Assembly (NCBI GenBank): GCA_965207275.1
Contig: CBDBMH010000002.1
Span: forward strand, 465,291-529,290
DNA: 64,000 bases
DNA from: Dehalococcoidia bacterium
GTDB lineage: Bacteria; Chloroflexota; Dehalococcoidia; Lucifugimonadales; UBA3495
Direction: 5' to 3'
The notes under the pieces were generated by a model. The model was given only the letters and a program-made list of their open reading frames with translations, ran no database searches and had not been told where the DNA came from. The position numbers were made by a program, and so were the translations under genes. Positions 9,510 through 17,795 of this stretch are shown here, piece by piece (position 1 is the first letter of the stretch; each line of letters opens with the position of its first letter).

Positions 9510-9860
9510 TTATTCCAGGTACTCGGTGTCCTGATCCGTCGTGGGATACATTACCAGCAGCCGGACGGGGATCCACAGCTTGTTGACCAGCTTGTGGGGC
9601 ACGTGCGGCGGAGCGAACAGGGTACAGCCGGCCCGCACCGTTTGCAGTTCGTCCCCGATGATCAGCTGCACCGCCCCGGCCAGCACCATTATGGCCTCGT
9701 CGGTAGAGTGGGTATGCAGCCGTCCCTCCCAGCCAGGATGTAACTCGACCTCTTTAACCGTCAGGGAGACTGCGCCCTGGTCAGCAGAAACAAAGGTGCG
9801 TTCAGCCTTGTACTCCACTGGCGCCGGCATCCTGACGGTACTGTGTTCGATGATGGGCAT
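9510..9860 (-). CDS. cupin domain protein
   Basis: 116-aa ORF with 'GWEGRLHTHSTDEAIMVLAG...LFAPPHVPH', a two-motif cupin metal-site pattern. Confidence 0.75.
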   Translation of the reverse strand: MPIIEHSTVRMPAPVEYKAERTFVSADQGAVSLTVKEVELHPGWEGRLHTHSTDEAIMVLAGAVQLIIGDELQTVRAGCTLFAPPHVPHKLVNKLWIPVRLLVMYPTTDQDTEYLE

Positions 9861-10029
9861 TAGTATTCCTCAGAATCTCCAGGATGTAGTTTCTCCCTCT
9901 TCAGAAGAGCCCCGCTAAGCATCATTGCGCCTTCCACCCGGAACAGGGTAAGGCCGGAAACGGGGAGACAGTTCCTCCAAAAGCCTCCGACGGAACCGGG
10001 AAGCTCATTGAACCGGCGGTACCAGCAAA

Positions 10030-11622
10030 TCAGGCCTCAGTGTACTTCTCCCCCAGCGCCGTCTCCCACCTCAGGTAATTCATCATGTCGGCATAGTTCC
10101 GGTCCGGGCCGCTGGCCACCAGGTCGGTGGGCGGACTCATAACTCCCGAAAGCCCCGTTTCCACCGCCAGGCCGGCCGCCCTCCAGGCATTCATTCCCCC
10201 GGCCAGCACCGTAACGTCGGCATATCCCAGTCCCCGCAGAGTGGCTGCCGCAAAAACCGAGTTCTGCCCGTCGCGGCAGGTAACCGTAACCGGCGCCGCC
10301 TTGTCCGGCGCCAGGGCGCTGACCTGCAGTTCCAGCCAACCCCTGGACACCCAGCGCGCTCCAGGCACGTGACCCTGGGCAAAATCGCCGCTGGTATCCA
10401 CGAAAATAATTGCGGAATTGGTGGTAGCCGCCCGCCCCCGCTCCAGTTCCTTTAACGAAATTTCCCTGGCCTGGGCTTTGGCATCCTCCATGCCCAGGAC
10501 CGGCTCCGCCGGAGCGCCGGTTTCCACGTCCAGCCCGGCGGCGGCCCAGGCCCCTACCCCACCGGCCACGGCGTACACCTCTTCGTGGCCCAGTTGGCGG
10601 TACCACGATGCGGTAAGGGTGGCCCGCACCTTGTCATCGCACGCAAATATAATGGGCGTGTTCCTGACCACCGCCACTTCGTCGGAACGCTGCACCGCCT
10701 GTCCGCCGGGGAACCACCGGAAGCCCGGAATATGGCCCTCGGTGTACTCCGCGGTTGTGCGCACGTCCACAAAATAGACGGTCTCAGCCTTGCTTCGTTC
10801 CATCATCTCCTGCAGACCCGGAATGTCCAGGTAGCGTACGCCGTCCTCCTCTGCTAGCCGGTCGGCGTAGGCCTCGGCCTCCGCCAGGCCCTCGGCGGAG
10901 GGCTGGGGCAGCTGAACCCGGTCCGCTCCGGATTCCAGATCGTAACCGGCCAATACCCAGCCCGACGTCCCATTCTTCAGTCCAAAGACGTTCTGGCGGC
11001 CCATGCGCTGCAGGACCCGGGTGCCGATAATGCTGCGGGTGCGTCCCGCGCAGTTCACGATCACCGTGGTATCCGGGTCCAGTTCCGCAGTGATGTCGGT
11101 GATACGCAGGGCCAGTTCGCCTCCGGGAACGCTCCGTCCCCCGGGGATGCAGAACCGGCGATACTCTTCCGGTGTGCGAGTATCCAATATAACCAGCTTG
11201 TCGCCCCGCTCAATGCGTTCGTGCAGGTCGGCGGCGTCAATCTCCGGCACGTGGTGGACCACCTCCATCCTCTCGCCGAAGTCCTTGCTGGGCACGTTGA
11301 CACCCCACTCGGTAGGGTAGTCCAGGCTGGCCCAGCGGTTAATGCCCCCTTCCAGCACCGATACGTTGGAATACCCCAATCCCTTCAGCGTACCGGCGGC
11401 CAACGCCGCCCGCCGGCCGTCGTCGTCGCACAGGATGATGTGGGCTCCGAGGTGGGGCGCCGACGCAGCGATACGGAACTCCAGCTCCCTGCGGGGTATC
11501 AGGCTGGAACCCGGTATGTGGGTGCTGTTGTATTCGCCGGCCTCGCGCACGTCGATCAGGGCGAATGATTCGTTGCCCTCCAGCAGGGAGGCAACAGCCT
11601 CGGCGGAGACTTGCTGGGACAT
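10030..11622 (-). CDS. four-domain rhodanese (sulfurtransferase) protein
   Basis: 530-aa ORF with four tandem rhodanese-like modules. The active-site Cys loops are 'CDDGRRA', 'CAGRTRS', 'CDDKVRA' and 'CRDGQNS'. Confidence 0.85.
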   Translation of the reverse strand: MSQQVSAEAVASLLEGNESFALIDVREAGEYNSTHIPGSSLIPRRELEFRIAASAPHLGAHIILCDDDGRRAALAAGTLKGLGYSNVSVLEGGINRWASLDYPTEWGVNVPSKDFGERMEVVHHVPEIDAADLHERIERGDKLVILDTRTPEEYRRFCIPGGRSVPGGELALRITDITAELDPDTTVIVNCAGRTRSIIGTRVLQRMGRQNVFGLKNGTSGWVLAGYDLESGADRVQLPQPSAEGLAEAEAYADRLAEEDGVRYLDIPGLQEMMERSKAETVYFVDVRTTAEYTEGHIPGFRWFPGGQAVQRSDEVAVVRNTPIIFACDDKVRATLTASWYRQLGHEEVYAVAGGVGAWAAAGLDVETGAPAEPVLGMEDAKAQAREISLKELERGRAATTNSAIIFVDTSGDFAQGHVPGARWVSRGWLELQVSALAPDKAAPVTVTCRDGQNSVFAAATLRGLGYADVTVLAGGMNAWRAAGLAVETGLSGVMSPPTDLVASGPDRNYADMMNYLRWETALGEKYTEA

Positions 11623-11864
11623 ATTCTGTTCACCTCAACCTGTCTGATACTAAGTAGTCCCCCGTGCGCCCCTGGCGGGGATTCAGGGGGACTACGCTTG
11701 AATGCCTGAGGAAGCTCTGAACGACTCCTCTACCTTCTCGATCTTATAAGCTTCGAGGCTGTACCGAACTGGATTCGGGGATGGGGCAGGCCATCAATCA
11801 GCCGCTTCCGTCGCCCGCGCCGGCGCCGCTCTATCTCCGCTTCGAGTCTATTTCCCGACTCCGT

Positions 11865-12449
11865 CTAGCAATTGTCGTACTTCTCAGTTGCAAAGGGCGT
11901 AATCTTTCCCGTCTCCAGGTTATAGCGGCAGCGGTTCAGGCCCCGCAAGTCGTCGCCGTAAACGTGGATTTCCACGGTGGGGCGATCGGTAAAGTTGTCC
12001 ATCTGGTGAATCTCGTCCACTTCGGGAATGAGGAGCGTGATCTCGCCCGAGGTGAACTCCACGCTGCGGTCCCTTTCCAGCCTGGCGTAACCCTCCACGG
12101 ACCGGTCGTCCACCCGCCGGAATCGGGTCTCGGTCAAGTGGTCGCCCATCACCCCGATCATGCCCCACGTGCCGTGGTCATGGGGCGACGCGTGGTCGCC
12201 GGGGCCCCAAACCACCGACGTTATCAGCAGCCCGCTGTCACCCTGATAGAGGGCATAGGAGCCGTGGTTGCTGCGGGCGCCCCGTCCCACCGGCTCCAGG
12301 TACTGCTGGGGAATGGCGGCGGGATTGGCAATCAGCTTCTCCAAGTACGAAGATCCGTGGTCGAAAATGTGGTGCTGGCCGGGTTGCTCCTTCAGCAGCG
12401 CCTCCATGTCATGAATGAATTCGTCCAGCGAATACTTGACAGTAGCCAT
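11865..12449 (-). CDS. cysteine-dioxygenase-like cupin (DSBH metalloenzyme)
   Basis: 'SPHDHGTWGMIGVMGDHLTETRF' and 'IHQM' match type-I CDO-like cupins. The start is at ATG 12449, preceded by AGGAGGG. Confidence 0.65.
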   Translation of the reverse strand: MATVKYSLDEFIHDMEALLKEQPGQHHIFDHGSSYLEKLIANPAAIPQQYLEPVGRGARSNHGSYALYQGDSGLLITSVVWGPGDHASPHDHGTWGMIGVMGDHLTETRFRRVDDRSVEGYARLERDRSVEFTSGEITLLIPEVDEIHQMDNFTDRPTVEIHVYGDDLRGLNRCRYNLETGKITPFATEKYDNC

Positions 12450-12755
12450 GGACACCCTCCTGAGAAACCCTGGCAAAGAAGCTGGCAACGCCCATTTCGG
12501 TGTGGATCAGATAGCGGTTACGGGCATTATGGTATTGGCGTATATTGATGTCAAGGAAAAAGACTTGACGGCAGCCTTCGGTTCCAGGTGGCTTGCGGCG
12601 GGTAGGGGCGAGTTTCAAACTCGCCTTTGCCATGCCCCAAGCGCTCTTGCCAGCCAATGCCACCTGAAAGGGAAAGCTAACCGGCTAAAGCCCATTCTGG
12701 ACTCTCCTCACTCCCCTAACCTATAATTTCTGCAGCCTCGTCAGGAGTTACCGCT

Positions 12756-14048
12756 ATGGCCGTTTTCCGCCCCTTCCGGGGCTGCCGTTATGTGCCGCAG
12801 GTCGCGGGCAGCTTGGATGACCTGCTCTGCCCCCCCTACGACATGATTGGCCCTGCCCTCAAGGAGTCCCTCCAGGGCCTCAGTCCCTACAACGCCGTCC
12901 ACCTGGAAGGAGGGGAGCAGCCCGACCCGTTGAATCCCCAGGCCGGTTACCAGCGCGCGGCCTCCCTGTTCCGTCAATGGCTGGAAAATGGGGCGCTGCG
13001 GCAGGAAGACGTCCCCTGCTTCTACCTGATGCGGCACACCTACCAGGACCAGGGCGAAATGAAGCAGCAAAGTGGCTTGTTCGGCGGCATCCTGGTGGAA
13101 GAATACGGGCAAGGCTCGGTGCTGCCCCACGAGTTCACCCGCGAACCCGCGGTGCTGGACCGGGTGGCCCTGCTGGAAGCCTCCATGACCCAGTTCAGCC
13201 CCCTGATGACCCTATACCGGGATGCGGAAAGCGACCTGGCGCCCATCATGGATCAGATAACCGCCGCCGCTCCCGATCTGCAATCCTCGGGCAACCCCGA
13301 ATGCAACATTGGCCAGGTCGCCTTGTGGCGTATCTCCGATACCGGCTTGCAACGTCAGATCACCGCCTTCTTCCAGGAACGCCCGGTCTTCCTGGCCGAC
13401 GGCCACCATCGCTACGAGGCGGCGCTCAGGTACCGCAGGTCCCGACCCGAATCCTCATCGGACGCCGCTTCCAATTACGTTATGATGTCCCTGACGGAGT
13501 TCGACGATGCCGGCCTCCAGTTGCTCCCTTACCACAAGGTCATCGGCAGCCTTTCGCCGGAGCAGTTGGAAAGACTGGAAGTGAGCCTTCTGGAACTCTT
13601 CGATGCCCGGCCGGTCGACCTGGCCCAGTGTGGTGGCCAGGGCCTGGGACGGATGGTGATTGAAGAGGGACGGAGTCGCCATGCGGTGGGGTTGGTCGGC
13701 CCGGAACCGGACCAGGCCAGGCTACTGACCCTGCGCGACGGCATAGGCTGGAGGGAGTGGGGCGAACTGGCTGTTTCCGAGGCCTGGCTGCTGGACGAAC
13801 AGGTCATCAAGCCAACGCTGGGTGATGACGCCCTCGCCCGCCACGTCGACTACAGCCATGACGCTGAACGCACCACGGACATGGTCACCGGCGGCGCTCA
13901 ACAACTGGGCTTCCTCCTGAAGCCCTTCCCCATGGACGCCTTTGAAAGCATCGTCGGTGGCGGCCAACGGCTGCCCTCCAAGTCCACGTTCTTCTATCCC
14001 AAGCTTCCCACCGGCCTGGTGATCAACCGCCTGGATGGGACCATCTAG
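12756..14048 (+). CDS. DUF1015 family protein
   Basis: 430-aa ORF with 'PVFLADGHHRYEAAL', the conserved DGHHR core of DUF1015. Confidence 0.75.
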   Translation: MAVFRPFRGCRYVPQVAGSLDDLLCPPYDMIGPALKESLQGLSPYNAVHLEGGEQPDPLNPQAGYQRAASLFRQWLENGALRQEDVPCFYLMRHTYQDQGEMKQQSGLFGGILVEEYGQGSVLPHEFTREPAVLDRVALLEASMTQFSPLMTLYRDAESDLAPIMDQITAAAPDLQSSGNPECNIGQVALWRISDTGLQRQITAFFQERPVFLADGHHRYEAALRYRRSRPESSSDAASNYVMMSLTEFDDAGLQLLPYHKVIGSLSPEQLERLEVSLLELFDARPVDLAQCGGQGLGRMVIEEGRSRHAVGLVGPEPDQARLLTLRDGIGWREWGELAVSEAWLLDEQVIKPTLGDDALARHVDYSHDAERTTDMVTGGAQQLGFLLKPFPMDAFESIVGGGQRLPSKSTFFYPKLPTGLVINRLDGTI

Positions 14049-14082
14049 CAGTACTGATGCGTTCTGACGTGGGCCGGGGATA

Positions 14083-14113
14083 AACCGTCAGTCCGGCGCA
14101 GGCCGGAATCCGG
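14083..14113 (+). repeat. family-3 repeat (CCGGCGAAAGCCGGAATCC hairpin type)
   Basis: AACCGTCAGTCCGGCGCAGGCCGGAATCCGG. Confidence 0.7.
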
Positions 14114-14385
14114 CAGGTGGTTGAGGACGGGGTCTCTCTCCAGTTTCCTATGGATACGTGCGAAAGTAGGTATGTGGAGTTCTGGGAGGTTGGTTGCTGG
14201 AACATGGTCTACTGACTGCCAGTCAACCGACGTTAATAGATGAGGATGCCTGCCCCATCAAGGTGAAGGGCCAAAACGGGGGCTAGAAGTCCCCTCATCA
14301 CGACCCTGTCGGCGGGAGCGTTGACGGTGGAAGGTCAAGAAGGGGGCCAGGTACCTCGGCCGGGGGAATCCCTCCGGCTTGCCGG

Positions 14386-14847
14386 CTATCCCCCTTGCCG
14401 CTCCTGGTAGCGGGAGGTAATAACCTGTTCCGCCAGCCTGCTGTGTTCGGCAATGAAGTATTCCAGGCGCCGGACTTCCGCCAGCCCTTCCAGGGTTTCC
14501 CCTTCCAGCCGCATGCTGCGCTTCAGGTTGGCCAGTGATCGCTTGGCTTCGTCCACCTGCTTCACCGATTCCAGCGCGGCCAGCTCTTCCATGGCCGTCT
14601 TCTTAATGGCAAGCAGCCTGCGCTTGGTGGCTTCCGCGTCCGCCAGCCGTTCTTCAATTTCCCCCATTGATGAGAGTGAAACATCCAGGGGAGTGCGGCC
14701 GTAGATCACCTGGCGGGGCAGCCGCTGCAGTTGGGTCCGGAACTGGCTGATCAGGGCATCCAGTTGCTGTTCCTTGTTCTGCAACTCCGCCAGCGTCATC
14801 CGGAGGGTGGCCATCGTCTGCTGCAACTGGGACATGGACATAGGCAA
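14386..14847 (-). CDS. hypothetical coiled-coil protein
   Basis: 153-aa ORF, Glu/Leu/Gln/Arg-rich with heptad-like periodicity. I recognise no family motif. Confidence 0.5.
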   Translation of the reverse strand: MPMSMSQLQQTMATLRMTLAELQNKEQQLDALISQFRTQLQRLPRQVIYGRTPLDVSLSSMGEIEERLADAEATKRRLLAIKKTAMEELAALESVKQVDEAKRSLANLKRSMRLEGETLEGLAEVRRLEYFIAEHSRLAEQVITSRYQERQGG

Positions 14848-14975
14848 AACCCTGCAAGAAAGATAAAGGCGGCTGCTGGTTCCGGGACTCCACCCGGCGG
14901 GGTCCTCTCATTGGATTCACCGCGCCGCTTGGGGCAATGCCGCCCCCGAATGTTTCAGTCGCCTTTTTCGAAGTC

Positions 14976-16076
14976 CTAAAACCCCACCCGGGGCAGCACG
15001 CGGGAGAGGGCATCCAGCACTTCCTGTATGTGCTCCTCGGTAACGTAGCCCAGGTGGCCAATGCGGAAAATGTGGCCGGTAAGCTTGCCCTGGCCGCCAG
15101 CCAGCACCACGTTTTCCTCCGTCCGCATCGTCTCTATCATTTGGTCACCGTCAATGTGCGCCGGCATTTTTATGGCGGTAACCGTGTTGGAAGCCCGCGC
15201 CTCGTCGGTGCACAGCAACTCCAGGCCCAGGGCCCGCACTCCGTCCCTGGTGAACTGGCCGATGCTGGCGTGGCGGCCAAAGACCCCCTCCAGTCCCTCC
15301 GCCATGATGTTCTCCAGCGCGACTCGCAGTCCGTACATGGCCGATAGATTGGGAGTCCACGGGGTCTGTTTGCGTTCCAGGTACTTCTGGGCCTCTTCCA
15401 GGTCAAAGTAGAACCGGGGAAGGGTGGCCGATTTCTGCGCCTCCCAGGCCTGGTCGCTGAAGCTTATAAAGGCCAGTCCGGGGGGAATCATGAAGCCCTT
15501 TTGGGACCCGGTGGCTACCACGTCGCAGTTCCAGCCATCAACCGGCAGGGGCACGCAACCCAGGCTGCTCACTGCGTCCACGATAAGCAGCTTGCCGAAT
15601 TCGCCCTTCACCACGCTGGAAATGCTCTGCAGGTCGTGGGTTACGCCGGTGGACGTTTCATTATGGGTGACGATGACAGCTTTGATGTCCGGATCGTCCC
15701 GCAGGGCCCGCCGGATGGCCTCCGGGTCGATGGGGTCTCCCCACTCGAAGGTAATCCGCTGAGTATCGGCCCCATAGGCATCCAGCATGTCCGCGAAGCG
15801 GTCGCCAAAGGAACCGGCGCTGGCTGCCAGCACCCGGTCGCCCGGCGACAGGGTATTTACCACCGATGCCTCCAGCCCGCCGGTACCCGACGAGGTCAGG
15901 ATGTACAGGTCGTTCTCCGTCATGAACACCTGCTTGAGCATCTCCGTGCACTCGGTTATCAGTTCGAAGAACTCGGGCCCCCGGTGGTTGATCATGGGGT
16001 CCGACATGGCTTCGTAGATCTCTTCGGGGATGGGCGTAGGCCCCGGCGTTCGCAGATTATGGGGTTGGATCCTCAC
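14976..16076 (-). CDS. class V aminotransferase (serine-pyruvate / alanine-glyoxylate type)
   Basis: 366-aa ORF with 'TSSGTGGLE', 'VDAVSSLG' and PLP-lysine context 'ATGSQKGF'. The start is GTG, with AGGAGG 4 nt upstream. Confidence 0.85.
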   Translation of the reverse strand: MRIQPHNLRTPGPTPIPEEIYEAMSDPMINHRGPEFFELITECTEMLKQVFMTENDLYILTSSGTGGLEASVVNTLSPGDRVLAASAGSFGDRFADMLDAYGADTQRITFEWGDPIDPEAIRRALRDDPDIKAVIVTHNETSTGVTHDLQSISSVVKGEFGKLLIVDAVSSLGCVPLPVDGWNCDVVATGSQKGFMIPPGLAFISFSDQAWEAQKSATLPRFYFDLEEAQKYLERKQTPWTPNLSAMYGLRVALENIMAEGLEGVFGRHASIGQFTRDGVRALGLELLCTDEARASNTVTAIKMPAHIDGDQMIETMRTEENVVLAGGQGKLTGHIFRIGHLGYVTEEHIQEVLDALSRVLPRVGF

Positions 16077-16799
16077 TTGTCCTCCTGGTACCTCTAGGGC
16101 GGCCGGCCATTACGCCAGCCGATTTCGTTATTCTTGTGTCGATTTACACATAAAAGGCCCGCTCATCGCAGGGCTTACGGCAAAGGATTATAGCACTTGA
16201 ATGAACCGCCCGCACACGTCCCCCCTTCTGGCGCAGGGTTCCAATTTAGGTGACCAGGGTGTTTGGATGTATATTCCAAACCCCAACCCTTCACTCCAGC
16301 GAAAGCCGCAGCCCATGCAGGCTATAGAGAAATCCCCTTTCAACAGGGGAAGGATTCCTCGATATCGGCGCAGGCCGGAAAAGAGACTAGCCAGACCACT
16401 TGAAACGGAACTCTGCGTCGTCACGGGCAGGGCCATGGCATTTTGATTTGGGCAAGAAGGCGGCACTTGTTGCTCAAGGGAGAAGCGCCCCGTCTCCGGG
16501 TTCAAGTTTCCCTTCGGCGCGGGAACGACCAGCTTTCCCTGAATCACAATGCAAATGCCCTGATCGCCGGGCGCAACGTACCGGGCCGGTCGGTGTGCCT
16601 GGCTGTTTCTTAGGCCATGCCTTGTGGCTGACCTGCCCCTCATTCAAACCCATCTGATTAAGAACGCTGTCTCATCAGGGTGCGGTGATTCAGGTCAGCC
16701 CTGCTATTACCCTTGGGATGGGTTGCGAAGCGGTTCCTTCTGAGGTTCGTATTCCCTGCCTAGACCGGCCCGCGAGAACACTCGGTCCAATGGGAAGCA

Positions 16800-17459
16800 T
16801 TAGCTCGCGCAGCACACGGCCCGGCACATCCTCAACCCAAACAGGCACGGCCGGCAGGAGCAGATTTTCAGCCAGGCGTGGTAACTCTGGTCCTGGACGC
16901 CCTCCAGCCCTTCCCGTACCAGCCACGGCACCAGCAGCAGCGCCGTTACGGCGTCCAGCCACCACCAGCCCAGCAGGGCATTGGCCGCCAGCCCCACCAG
17001 CAGCGTTACCGACAGCGCAGAGCAGGCGATGGTTTCCTTGGCCTCAATGGCGACGGACTGCAGGTTGCCCTTCGCTGCAATTTGCAACTTCCAGAAGGCG
17101 ACCAGGGGCATCACCGTAACCGACAGCACCGCCAATACTATTCCCAGCAACGATTTCTCGGCTCCGGCGCCTTCCATCAGCGCCCAAACCGACTGGAATA
17201 TTATGGCCGCTGACAGGACGATGAAGGTCCAGCCAATGAACCTGACAACCCGGTGTTCAATCCTCTCCGAGTACTCCTCATCCCGTATGCCCAACCGCCA
17301 CAGGACCAGGGAAGCCGCGGCTACTTCCAGGTAACTGTCAGCCCCGAATGCCACCAGAGCGATGCTGCCGGCCACTATGCCCGACCATATCGCTATTACC
17401 CCCTCAACAAGGTTGTAGAGCATGGTTGCAATGAGGAGCAATTTCGCATACGTCAGCAA
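16800..17459 (-). CDS. cation-diffusion-facilitator-like membrane protein (TM domain only) with a Cys-rich tail
   Basis: 219-aa ORF with 'NLVEGVIAIWSGIVAGSIALVAFGADSYLE', a CDF TM1-2 style sequence. There are about 6 TM segments. The C-terminus is 'CSCRPCLFGLRMCRAVCCAS'. The start is TTG, with GGAGGAG upstream. Confidence 0.65.
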   Translation of the reverse strand: MLTYAKLLLIATMLYNLVEGVIAIWSGIVAGSIALVAFGADSYLEVAAASLVLWRLGIRDEEYSERIEHRVVRFIGWTFIVLSAAIIFQSVWALMEGAGAEKSLLGIVLAVLSVTVMPLVAFWKLQIAAKGNLQSVAIEAKETIACSALSVTLLVGLAANALLGWWWLDAVTALLLVPWLVREGLEGVQDQSYHAWLKICSCRPCLFGLRMCRAVCCAS

Positions 17460-17723
17460 CCGGAACTCCTCCCCGAATAGTGGGGTAGTTTTAGCATGAA
17501 TGGGAATTCCAGTCCAGCACGTATATAGGCCCCTAATAGCCCGTAACAGAAGGTTGAGTTGGAGTTACAGGTACCTTCCACGGGTGCGGGCAGCTGGTAC
17601 GGGGAGTTTCGCAACTGCCGCGACCCAGGTTGCGGAACGCGGCGGGAGCAGGTCCGGGGGGCTGCCGCGCCGTCTTCAGCCCGCCTTTCACCGAAACTTT
17701 ACAATACCCGTAAAGCCTTGTTG

Positions 17724-17752
17724 TTGACGCGATTGGCGCCGGGGGCTAAACT
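17724..17752 (+). promoter_or_regulatory. candidate sigma70-type promoter for the NYN-LOTUS gene
   Basis: TTGACG (17724-17729), a 17-bp spacer, then TAAACT (17747-17752). Confidence 0.35.
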
Positions 17753-17795
17753 GCTAATTTAGGCATGCTTCAGGCTTCACAGGAGATGCGAGCTT

